DNA from: the human T2T-CHM13v2.0 reference genome, Homo sapiens
Assembly (NCBI RefSeq): GCF_009914755.1
Contig: NC_060946.1
Direction: 5' to 3' (one strand)
Length of the DNA stretch: 64,000 bases
Part shown: in pieces, positions 12,768-25,629 of the stretch
Layout of the letters: each line of letters starts with the position of its first letter
Numbering within the stretch: the first letter of the stretch is position 1
Position numbers and translations under genes: made by a program
Notes under the pieces: generated by a model
What the model saw: the letters and a program-made list of their open reading frames with translations, nothing else
What the model was told of the DNA's origin: nothing
Database searches by the model: none

Positions 12768-15700
12768 GGTGATTCAACTCTTGACTAGGAACTGCCTACA
12801 GAGGTTATTGTGAAATATCTCTGCACTGATAAACTAGGTGGTGTAACCCTTGTCCAAGCTCTGCCTACAGGGGCGTTTCCACATATCCCTGAACTGATGA
12901 CAGAAGTGATGTAACTCTTGCCTAGGCTTTGCCTACAGGGAACATAGGACATATATCTGCACTGATCACCCAGGTGATGCAACTCTTGCCTAGGCTTTGC
13001 CTACAGGGGATATTGTGACATATTTTTTCAATGATCACTCATGTGATGTATCTCTTGCCTAGGCTTTGCCTACAGGGGACATTGTGACATATCTCTGCAC
13101 TGATCTCCCAGGTGCTGTAACTTTAGTCTAGGCTCTGGCTACACGGCATTGTGACATATCACTGCACTGATCAACCAGGTGATATAACTCTTGTATAGGC
13201 TCTGCCTACAGGGGGATTGTGACCTACCTCTGCACTGATCACCCAGGTGATATAACTCTTCTCTAGGATCTTCCTACAGGGTACTTTGTGACATATCCCT
13301 GCACTGATCACCCAGATGATCTATCTCTGGTCTAAGCTCTGCCTAAAGGGGCATTGTGACAGATCTCTGCACTGATCACTCAGGTGATGTAAGTATTGTC
13401 TAGGCTCTGCTTCAAGGGGCCTTGTCACATATCTCTGCACTGATCACCCAGGTGATGTAACTCTTGTCTAGGCTCTGCTTCCAGGGCATATTGTGACATA
13501 TCTATGCACTGATCACCTTAGTGATGTAACACTTTGGTAGGCTCGGCCTACAGGGGAATCTTGACATATCTCTGCACTGTTAACCGAGGTGATTTAACTC
13601 TTGTCTAGGCTGTGCCCACAGGGGGATTGAGACATATCTCTGCACTGATCCCGAGGTGATACAACTCTTGCCTGGTCTCTGCCTACTGTGGACATTGTGA
13701 CATATCTCTGCACTGATCTCCCAGGTGCTGTAACTTTAGTCTAGGCTCTGGCTACACGGCATTGTGACATATCACTGCACTGATCACCCAGGCGATAAAA
13801 CTCTTCTCTAGGATCTGACCACAGGGTGCTTTGTGACATATCCCTGCAATGATCACCCAGGTGATATACCACTTGCCAAGGCTCTGCCTACAGGGGCATT
13901 GCAATGTATCTCTGCACTGATCACCTAGGTCTTGTAGCTATTTTCTAGGATCTCCCTACACGGTGCTTTGTGACGTGTCCCAGCAAGGATTACCCAGGTG
14001 ATGTACCTCTCATCAAGGCTCTGCCTACAGGCACATTGTGATGTATCTCTGCACTGATCACCTAGGTCATGTAAATTTTGTCTAGGCTCTACCTACGATG
14101 GTATTGTGACATATCTCTGCACTAATCATCCAAGTGATGTAACTCTTGTCTAGGATGTGCCTAAATTAACTTTTTGACATAACCCTGTACTGATCATCCA
14201 GGTGATGGAGCTTTTGTCTAGGCTCTGCCTAAGTGGGCATTGTGACATATTTCTGCATTGATCCCCCAGGTGGCGAACTCTTCTCTCGGATCTGCCTATG
14301 GGGGCATTGTGAGAAATCTCTGCACTGATCACCCAGGTGATGTAACTGTTGTGTAACCTCTGCCTACAGGGGAATTGTGAGAGATCTCGTCACTGATTAC
14401 CCAAGGGATGTAACCGTTGTCTAGGCTTTGCATACAGGGGGCTTTGTGACATACCTTTTAACTGATCACCCAGGTGATGTAACACATCAAAGTTCGGCCT
14501 AAAGGACCTTTGTGACATATCTCTGCAGTGATCACTTAGGTGATGTAACACTTTTATAATCACTGCCTACAGGGATTTTTGACAAATCTCTGCACTGATC
14601 ACCTAGGTGATGTAACTCTTGTCTACTCTCTGTCCAACGGGGCATTGTGAAATATCTCTGCACTGATCACCCAGGTGATTCAACTCTTGACTAGGAAGTG
14701 CCTACAGAGTTTACTGTGAAATATCTCTGTACTGATAAACTAGGTGGTGTAAAACTTGTCCAAGCTCTGCCTACAGGGGCGTTTCCACATATCCCTGAAC
14801 TGATGACAAAGGTGATGTAACTCTTGCCTAGGCTTTGCCTACAGGGAACATAGGACATATATCTGCACTGATCACCCAGGTGATGCAACTCTTGCCTTGG
14901 CTTTGCCTACAGGGGACATCGTGACATACCTCTTCAATGATCACTCATGTGATGCATCTCTTGCCTAGGCTTTGCCTACAGGGGACATTGTGACATATCT
15001 CTGCACTGATCTCCCAGGTGCTGTAACTTTAGTCTAGGCTCTGGCTACACGGCATTGTTACATATCACTGCACTGATCAACCAGGTGATATAACTCTTGT
15101 ATAGGCTCTGCCTACAGGGGGATTGTGACCTACCTCTGCACTGATCACCCAGGTGATATAACTCTTCTCTAGGATCTGCCAACAGGGTACTTTGTGACAT
15201 ATCGCTGCACTGATCACCCAGGTGATCTAACTCTGGTCTAAGCTCTGCCTAAAGGGGCATTGTGACAGATCTCTGCACTGATCACTCAGGTGATGTAAGT
15301 ATTGTCTAGGCTCTGCTTCAAGGGGCCTTGTCACATATCTCTGCACTGATCACCCAGGTGATGTAACTCTTGTCTAGGCTCTGCTTCCAGGGCATATTGT
15401 GACATATCTATGAACTGATCACGTTAGTGATGTAACACTTTGGTAGGGTCGGCCTACAGGGGAATCTTGACATATCTCTGCACTGTTAACCGAGGTGATT
15501 TAACTCTTGTCTAGGCTGTGCCCACAGGGGGATTGAGACATATCTCTGCACTGATCCCGAGGTGATAAAACTCTTGCCTGGTCTCTACCTACTGTGGACA
15601 TTGGGACATATCTCTGCACTGATCTCCCAGGTGCTGTAACTTTAGTCTAGGCTCTGGCTACACGGCATTGTGACATATCACTGCACTGATCACCCAGGCG

Positions 15701-17929
15701 ATATAACTCTTCTCTAGGATCTGACCACAGGGTGCTTTGTGACATATCCCTGCCATGATCACCCAGGTGATATACCACTTGCCAAGGCTCTGCCTACAGG
15801 GGCATTGCAATGTATCTCTGCACTGATCACCTAGGTCTTGTAGCTATTTTCTAGGAACTGCCTACAGGGTGCTTTGTGACGTGTCCCAGCAAGGATTACC
15901 CAGGTGATGTACCTCTCATCAAGGCTCTGCCTACAGGCACATTGTGATGTATCTCTGCACTGATCACCTAGGTCATGTAAATTTTGTCTAGGCTCTACCT
16001 ACGATGGCATTGTGACATATCTCTGCACTAATCATCCAAGTGATGTAACTCTTGTCTAGGATGTGTCTAAATTAACTTTTTGACATAACCCTGTACTGAT
16101 CATCCAGGTGATGGAACTTTTGTCTAGGCTCTGCCTAAGGGGGCATTGTGACATATTTCTGCATTGATCCCCCAGGTGGCGAACTCTTCTTTCGGATCTG
16201 CCTATGGGGGCATTGTGAGAAATCTCTGCACTGATCACCCAGTTGATGTAACTGTTGTGTAACCTCTGCCTACAGGGGAATTGTGAGAGATCTCGTCACT
16301 GATTACCCAAGTGATGTAACCGTTGTCTAAGCTTTGCGTACAAGGGGCTTTGTGACATACCTTTGCACTGATCACCCAGGTGATATAACACGTCTAAGTG
16401 CGGCCTAAAGGAGCTTTGTGACATATCGCTGCACTGATCACTTAGGTGAAGTAACACTTTTATAATCACTGCCTACAGGGAATTTTGACAAATCTCTGCA
16501 CTGATCACCTAGGTGATGTAACTCTTGTCTACCCTCTGTCCAACGGGGCATTGTGAAATATCTCTGCACTGATCACCCAGGTGATTCTTCTCTTGACTAG
16601 GAACTGCCTACAGAGGTTATTGTGAAATATCTCTGCACTGATAAACTAGGTGGTGTAACCCTTGTCCAAGCTCTGCCTACAGGGGCGTTTCCACATATCC
16701 CTGAACTGATGACAGAGGTGATGTAACTCTTGCCTAGGCTTTGCCTACAGGGAACATTGGACATATATCTGCACTGATCACCCAGGTGATGCAACTCTTG
16801 CCTAGGCTTTGCCTACAGGGGACATTGTGACATATCTCTTCAATGATCACTCATGTGATGCATCTCTTGCCTAGGCTTTGCCTACAGGGGACATTGTGAC
16901 ATATCTCTTCACTGATCTCCCAGGTTCTGTAACTTTAATCTAGGCTCTGGCTACACGGCATTGTGACATATCACTGCACTGATCAACCAGGTGATATAAC
17001 TCTTGTATAGGCTCTGCCTACAGGGGGATTGTGACCTACCTCTGCACTGATCACCCAGGTGATATAACTCTTCTCTAGGATCTTCCTACAGGGTACTTTG
17101 TGACATATCCCTGCACTGATCACCCAGGTGATCTAACTCTGGTCTAAGCTCTGCCTAAAGGGGCATTGTGACAGATCTCTGCACTGATCACTCAGGTGAT
17201 GTAAGTATTGTCTAGGCTCTGCTTCAAGGGGCCTTGTCACATATCTCTGCACTGATCACCCAGGTGATGTAACTCTTGTCTAGGCTCTGCTTCCAGGGCA
17301 TATTGTGACATATCTATGCACTGATCACCTTAGTGATGTAACACTTTGGTAGGCTCGGCCTACAGGGGAATCTTGACATATCTCTGCACTGTTAACCGAG
17401 GTGATTTAACTCTTGTCTAGGCTGTGCCCACAGGGGGATTGAGACATATCTCTGCACTGATCCCGAGGTGATACAACTCTTGCCTGGTCTCTGCCTACTG
17501 TGGACATTGTGACATATCTCTGCACTGATCTCCCAGGTGCTGTAACTTTAGTCTAGGCTCTGGTACACGGCATTGTGACATATCACTGCACTGATCACCC
17601 AGGCGATATAACTCTTCTCTAGGATCTGACCACAGGGTGCTTTGTGACATATCCCTGCAATGATCACCGAGGTGATATACCACTTGCCAAGGCTCTGCCT
17701 ACAGGGACATTGCAATGTATCTATGCACTGATCACCTAGGTCTTGTAGCTATTTTCTAGGATCTGCCTACAGGGTGCTTTGTGACGTGTCCCAGCAAGAT
17801 TACCCAGGTGATGTACCTCTCATCAAGGCTCTGCCTACAGGCACATTGTGATGTATCTCTGCACTGATCACCTAGGTCATGTAACTTTTTTCTAGGCTCT
17901 ACCTACTGTGGCATTGTGACATATCTCAG

Positions 17930-20900
17930 CACTAATCATCCAAGTGATGTAACTCTTGTCTAGGATGTGCCTAAATTAACTTTTTGACATAACCCTGTAC
18001 TGATCATCCAGGTGATGGAGCTTTTGTCTAGGCACTGCCTAAGTGGGCATTGTGACATATTTCTGCATTGATCACCCAGGTGGCGAACTCTTCTCTCAGA
18101 TCTGCCTATGGGGCATTGTGATAAACCTCTGCACTGATCTCCCAGGTGATTTAACGGTTGTGTAACCTCTGCCTACAGGGGAATTGTGAGAGATCTCGTC
18201 ACTGATTACACAAGTGATGTAACCATTGTCTAGGCTTTGCGTACAGGGGGCTTTGTGACATACCTTTGCACTGATCACCCAGGTGATGTAACTCATCTAA
18301 GTTCGGCCTAAAGGAGCTTTGTGACATATCTCTGCACAGATCACTTAGGTGATGTAACACTTTTATAATCACTGCCTACAGGGAATTTTGACAAATCTCT
18401 GCACTGATCACCTAGGTGATGTAACTCTTGTCTGCCCTCTGTCCAACGGGGCATTGTGAATTATCTCTGCACTGATAACCCAGGTGATTCAACTCTTCAC
18501 TAGGAACTGTCTACAGAGGTTATTGTGATATATCTCTGCACTGATAAACTAGGTGGTGTAACTCTTCTCCAAGCTCTGCCTACAGGGGCGTTTCCACATA
18601 TCCCTGAACTGATGACAAAGGTGATGTAACTCTTTCCTAGGCTTTGCCTACAGGGAACTTTTTACATATATCTGCACTGATCACCCAGGTGATGCAACTC
18701 TTGCCTAGGCTTTGCCTACAGGGGACATTGTGACATATCTCTTCAATGATCACTCATGTGATGCACCTCTTGCCTAGGCTTTGCCTACAGGGGACATTGT
18801 GACATATCTCTGCATTGATCCCCCAGGTGCTGTAACTTTAGTCTAGGCTCTGGCTACACGGCATTGTGACATTTCACTGCACTGATCAACCAGGTGATAT
18901 AACTCTTGTATAGGCTCTTCCTACAGGGGGATTGTGACCTACCTCTGCACTGATCACCCAGGTGATATAACTCTTCTCTAGGATCTCCCTACAGGGTACT
19001 TTGTGATATATCCCTGCACTGATAACCCAGGTGATCTAACTCTGGTCTAAGCTCTGCCTAAAGGGGCATTGTGACAGATCTCTGCACTGATCACTCTGGT
19101 GATGTAAGTATTGTCTAGGCTCTGCTTCAAGGGGCCTTGTCACATATCTCTGCACTGATCACCCAGGTGATGTAACTCTTGTCTACGCTCTGCTTCCAGG
19201 GCATATTGTGACATATCTATGCACTGATCACCTTAGTGATGTAACACTATGGTAGGCTCGGCCTACAGGGGAATCTTGACATATCTCTGCACTGTTAACC
19301 GAGGTGATTTAACTCTTGCCTAGGCTGTGCCCACAGGGGGATTGAGACATATCTCTGCACTGATCCCGAGGTGATACAACTCTTGCCTGGTCTCTGCCTA
19401 CTGTGGACATTGTGACATATCTCTGCACTGATCTCCCAGGTGCTGTAACTTTAGTCTAGGCTATGGTACACGGCATTGTGACATATCACTGCACTGATCA
19501 CACAGGCGATATAACTCTTCTCTAGGATCTGACCACAGGGTGCTTTTTGACATATCCCTGCAATGATCACCCAGGTGATATACCACTTGCCAAGGCTCTG
19601 CCTACAGGGGCATTGCAATGTATCTCTGCACTGATCACCTAGGTCTTGTAGCTATTTTCTAGGATCTGCCTACAGGGTGCTTTGTGACGTGTCCCAGCAA
19701 GGATTACCCAGGTGGTGTACCTCTCATCAAGGCTCTGCCTACAGGCACATTGTGATGTATCTCTGCACTGATCACCTAGGTCATGTAACTTTCTTCTAGG
19801 CTCTACCTACGATGGCATTGTGACATATCTCTGCACTAATCATCCAAGTGATGTAACTCTTGTCTAGGATGTGCCTAAATTAACTTTTTGATATAACCCT
19901 GTACTGATCATCCAGGTGATGGAGCTTTTGTCTAGGCACTGCCTAAGGGGGCATTGTGACATATTTCTGAATTGATCACCCAGGTGGCGAACTCTTCTCT
20001 CAGATCTGCCTATGGGGGCATTCTGATAAATCTCTGCACTGATCACCCAGGTGATGTAACTGTTGTGTAACCTCTGCCTACAGGGGAATTGTGAGAGATC
20101 TCGTCACTGATTACCCAAGTGATGTAACCATTGTCTAGGCTTTGCGTACAGGGGGCTTTGTGACATACCTTTGCACTGATCACCCAGGTGATGTAACACA
20201 TCCAATTTCGGCCTAAAGGAGCTTTGTGACATATCTCTGCACGGATCACTTAGGTGATGTAACACTTTCATAATCACTGCCTACAGGGAATTTTGACAAA
20301 TCTCTGCACTGATCACCTAGGTGATGTAACTCTTGTCTACCCTCTTTCCAACGGGTCATTGTGAAATATCTCTGCACTGATCACCCAGGTGATTCAACTC
20401 TTGACTAGGAACTGCCTACAGAGGTTATTGTGAAATATCTCTGCACTGATAATCTGGGTGGTGCAACCCTTGTCCAAGCTCTGTCTACAGGGGCGTTTCC
20501 ACATATCCCTGAACTGATGACAGAGGTGATGTAACTCTTGCCTAGGCTTTGCCTACAGGGAACATTGGACATATATCTGCACTGGTCACCCAGGTGATGC
20601 AACTCTTGCCTAGGCTTTGCCTACAGGGGACATTGTGACATATCTCTTCAATGATCTCTCATGTGATGCATCTCTTGCCTAGGCTTTGCCTACAGGGGAC
20701 ATTGTGACATATCTCTGCACTGATCTCCCAGGTGCTGCAACTTTAATCTAGGCTCTGGCTACACGGCATTGTGACATATCACTGCACTGATCAACCAGGT
20801 GATATAACTGTTGTATAGGCTCTGCCTACAGGGGTATTGTGACCTACCTCTGCACTGATCACCCAGGTGATATAACTCTTCTCTAGGATCTGCCTACAGG

Positions 20901-23900
20901 GTACTTTGTGACATATCCCTGCACTGATCACCCAGGTGATCTATCTCTGGTCTAAGCTCTGCCTAAAGGGGCATTGTGACAGATCTCTGCACTGATCACT
21001 CAGGTGATGTAAGTATTGTCTAGGCTCTGCTTCAAGGGGCCTTGTCACATATCTCTGCATTGATCACCCAGGTGATGTAACTCTTGTCTAGGCTCTGCTT
21101 CCAGGGCATATTGTGACATATCTATGCACTGATCACCTTAGTGATGTAACACTTGCGTAGGCTCGGCCTACAGGGGAATCTTGACATATCTCTGCACTGT
21201 TAACCGAGGTGATTTAACTCTTGTCTTTGCCGTGCCCACAGGGGGATTGAGACATATCTCTGCACTGATCCCGAGGTGATACAACTCTTGCCTGGTCTCT
21301 GCCTACTGTGGACATTGTGACATATCTCTGCACTGATCTCCCAGGTGCTGTAACTTTAGTCTAGGCTCTGGCTACACGGCATTGTGACATATCACTGCAC
21401 TGATCACCCAGGCGATATAACTCTTCTCTAGGATCTGACCACAGGGTGCTTTGTGACATATCCCTGCAATGATCACCCAGGTGATATACTACTTGCCAAG
21501 GCTCTGCCTACAGGGGCATCGCAATGTATCTCTGCACTGATCACCTACGTCTTGTACCTATTTTCAAGGAACTGCCTACAGGGTGCTTTGTAACGAGTCC
21601 CAGCAAGGATTACCCAAGTGATGTACCTCTCATCAAGGCTCTGCCTACAGGCACATTGCGATATATCTCTGCACTGATCACCTAGGTCATGTAACTTTTC
21701 TCTAGGCTCTACCTACGATGGCATTGTGACATATCTCTGCACTAATCATCCAAGTGTTGTAACTCTTGTCTAGGATGTGCCTAAATTAACTTTTTGACAT
21801 AACCCTGTACTGATCATCCAGGTGATGGAGCTTTTGTCTAGGCACTGCCTAAGTGGGCATTGTGACATATTTCTGCATTGATCACCCAGGTGGCGAACTC
21901 TTCTCTCAGGTCTGCCTATGGGGCATTGTGATAAATCTCTGCACTGATCTCCCAGGTGATTTAACGGTTGTGTAACCTCTGCCTACAGGGGAATTGTGAG
22001 AGATCTCGTCACTGATTACACAAGTGATGTAACCGTTGTCTAGGCTTTGCGTACAGGGGGCTTTGTGACATACCTTTGCACTGATCACCCAGGTGATGTA
22101 ACTCATCTAAGTTCGGCCTAAAGGAGCTTTGTGACATATCTCTGCACAGATCACTTAGGTGATGTAACACTTTCATAATCACTGCCTACAGGGAATTTTG
22201 ACAAATCTCTGCACTGATCACCTAGGTGATGTAACTCTTGTCTGCCCTCTGTCCAACGGGGCATTGTGAAATATCTCTGCACTGATAACCCAGGTGATTC
22301 AACTCTTCACTAGGAACTGTCTACAGAGGTTATTGTGATATATCTCTGCACTGATAAACTAGGTGGTGTAACTCTTCTCCAAGCTCTGCCTACAGGGGCG
22401 TTTCCACATATCCCTGAACTGATGACAAAGGTGATGTAACTCTTCCCTAGGCTTTGCCTACAGGGAAATTTTTACATATATCTGCACTGATCACCCAGGT
22501 GATGCAACTCTTGCCTAGGCTTTGCCTACAGGGGACATTGTGACATATCTCTTCAATGATCACTCATGTGATGCACCTCTTGCCTAGGCTTTGCCTACAG
22601 GGGACATTGTGACATATCTCTGCATTGATCCCCCAGGTGCTGTAACTTTAGTCTAGGCTCTGGCTACACGGCATTGTGACATTTCACTGCACTGATCAAC
22701 CAGGTGATATAACTCTTGTATAGGCTCTTCCTACAGGGGGATTGTGACCTACCTCTGCACTGATCACCCAGGTGATATAACTCTTCTCTAGGATCTGCCT
22801 ACAGGGTACTTTGTGATATATCCCTGCACTGATAACCCAGGTGATCTAACTCTGGTCTAAGCTCTGCCTAAAGGGGCATTGTGACAGATCTCTGCACTGA
22901 TCACTCTGGTGATGTAAGTATTGTCTAGGCTCTGCTTCAAGGGGCCTTGTCACATATCTCTGCACTGATCACCCAGGTGATGTAACTCTTGTCTACGCTC
23001 TGCTTCCAGGGCATATTGTGACATATCTATGCACTGATCACCTTAGTGATGTAACACTATGGTAGGCTCGGCCTACAGGGGAATCTTGACATATCTCTGC
23101 ACTGTTAACCGAGGTGATTTAACTCTTGTCTAGGCTGTGCCCACAGGGGGATTGAGACATATCTCTGCACTGATCCCGAGGTGATACAACTCTTGCCTGG
23201 TCTCTGCCTACTGTGGACATTGTGACATATCTCTGCACTGATCTCCCAGGTGCTGTAAATTTAGTCTAGGCTATGGTACACGGCATTGTGACATATCACT
23301 GCACTGATCACACAGGCGATATAACTCTTCTCTAGGATCTGACCACAGGGTGCTTTTTGACATATCCCTGCAATGATCACCCAGGTGATATACCACTTCC
23401 CAAGGCTCTGCCTACAGGGGCTTTGCAATGTATCTCTGCACTGATCACCTAGGTCTTGTAGCTATTTTCTAGGATCTGCCTACAGGGTGCTTTGTGACGT
23501 GTCCCAGCAAGGACTACCCAGGTGGTGTACCTCTCATCAAGGCTCTGCCTACAGGCACATTGTGATGTATCTCTGCACTGATCACCTAGGTCATGTAACT
23601 TTCTTCTAGGCTCTACCTACGATGGCATTGTGACATATCTCTGCACTAATCATCCAAGTGATGTAACTCTTGTCTAGGATGTGCCTAAATTAACTTTTTG
23701 ACATAACCCTGTACTGATCATCCAGGTGATGGAGCTTTTGTCTAGGCACTGCCTAAGGGGGCATTGTGACATATTTCTGCATTGATCACCCAGGTGGCGA
23801 ACTCTTGTCTCGGATCTGCCTATGGGGGCATTGTGAGAAATCTCTGCACTGATCACCCAGGTGATGGAACTGTTGTGTAACCTCTGCCTACAGGGGAATT

Positions 23901-25629
23901 GTGAGAGATCTCGTCACTGATTACCCAAGTGATGTAACCATTGTCTAGGCTTTGCGTACAGGGGGCTTTGTGACATACCTTTGCACTGATCACCCAGGTG
24001 ATGTAACACATCCAATTTCGGCCTAAAGGAGCTTTGTGACATATCTCTGCACGGATCACTTAGGTGATGTAACACTTTCATAATCACTGCCTATAGGGAA
24101 TTTTGACAAATCTCTGCACTGATCACCTAGGTGATGTAACTCTTGTCTACCCTCTTTCCAACGGGGCATTGTGAAATATCTCTGCACTGATCACCCAGGT
24201 GATTCAACTCTTGACTAGGAACTGCCTACAGAGGTTATTGTGAAATATCTCTGCACTGATACTCTAGGTGGTGTAACCCTTGTCCAAGCTCTGTCTACAG
24301 GGGCGTTTCCACATATCCCTGAACTGATGACAGAGGTGATGTAACTCTTGCCTAGGCTTTGCCTACAGGGAACATTGAACATATATCTGCACTGGTCACC
24401 CAGGTCATGCAACTCTTGCCTAGGCTTTGCCTACAGGGGACATTGTGACATATCTCTTCAATGATCACTCATGTGATGCATCTCTTGCCTAGGCTTTGCC
24501 TACAGGGGACATTGTGACATATCTCTGCACTGATCTCCCAGGTGCTGCAACTTTAACCTAGGCTCTGGCTACACGGCATTGTGACATATCACTGCACTGA
24601 TCAACCAGGTGATATAACCCTTGTATAGGCTCTGCCTACAGGGGTATTGTGACCTACCTCTGCACTGATCACCCAGGTGATATAACTCTTCTCTAGGATC
24701 TGCCTACAGGGTACTTTGTGACATATCCCTGCACTGATCACCCAGGTGATCTATCTCTGGTCTAAGCTCTGCCTAAAGGGGCATTGTGACAGATCTCTGC
24801 ACTGATCACTCAGGTGATGTAAGTATTGTCTAGGCTCTGCTTCAAGGGGCCTTGTCACATATCTCTGCATTGATCACCCAGGTGATGTAACTCTTGTCTA
24901 GGCTCTGCTTCCAGGGCATATTGTGACATATCTATGCACTGATCACCTTAGTGATGTAACACTTGCGTAGGCTCGGCCTACAGGGGAATCTTGACATATC
25001 TCCGCACTGTTAACCGAGGTGATTTAACCCTTGTCTTTGCCGTGCCCACAGGGGGATTGAGACATATCTCTGCACTGATCCCGAGGTGATACAACTCTTG
25101 CCTGGTCTCTGCCTACTGTGGACATTGTGACATATCTCTGCACTGATCTCCCAGGTGCTGTAACTTTAGTCTAGGCTCTGGCTACACGGCATTGTGACAT
25201 ATCACTGCACTGATCACCCAGGCGATATAACTCTTCTCTAGGATCTGACCACAGGGTGCTTTGTGACATATCCCTGCAATGATCACCCAGGTGATATACT
25301 ACTTGCCAAGGCTCTGCCTACAGGGGCATCGCAATGTATCTCTGCACTGATCACCTACGTCTTGTACCTATTTTCAAGGAACTGCCTACAGGGTGCTTTG
25401 TGACGAGTCCCAGCAAGGATTACCCAAGTGATGTACCTCTCATCAAGGCTCTGCCTACAGGCACATTGCGATATATCTCTGCACTGATCACCTAGGTCAT
25501 GTAACTTTTCTCTAGGCTCTACCTACGATGGCATTGTGACATATCTCTGCACTAATCATCCAAGTGATGTAACTCTTGTCTAGGATGTGCCTAAATTAAC
25601 TTTTTGACATAACCCTGTACTGATCATCC
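17930..25629. repeat. Tandem duplication of a HOR dimer, 3810-bp period
   Basis: ORF offsets of 3810 (18096/21906, 19864/23674, 20043/23853, 20405/24215). Private markers ctatggtaca (19461/23271), tccaatttcg (20201/24011), acttgcgtag (21151/24961), tcacctacgtcttgtacctattttcaagga (21541/25351). Confidence 0.9.

Larger units (their letters stand above)
791..19460. repeat. Tandem duplication with 9867-bp period (145 monomers: 33-mer + four 28-mers); ~791-9595 matches ~10658-19460
   Basis: Ten identical ORF translations are offset by exactly 9867 (809/10676, 1740/11607, 2377/12244, 2918/12785, 4283/14150, 4824/14691, 6189/16056, 6730/16597, 7628/17495, 8229/18096). Private SNPs and 1-bp deletions are shared. 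Confidence 0.92.

Noticed and set aside
791-19460. 9867-bp duplication as a pure assembly artefact
   Set aside because: The copies differ at scattered positions and the second copy switches into a different duplication at ~19460, which fits real history better. Read-level confirmation is still needed.
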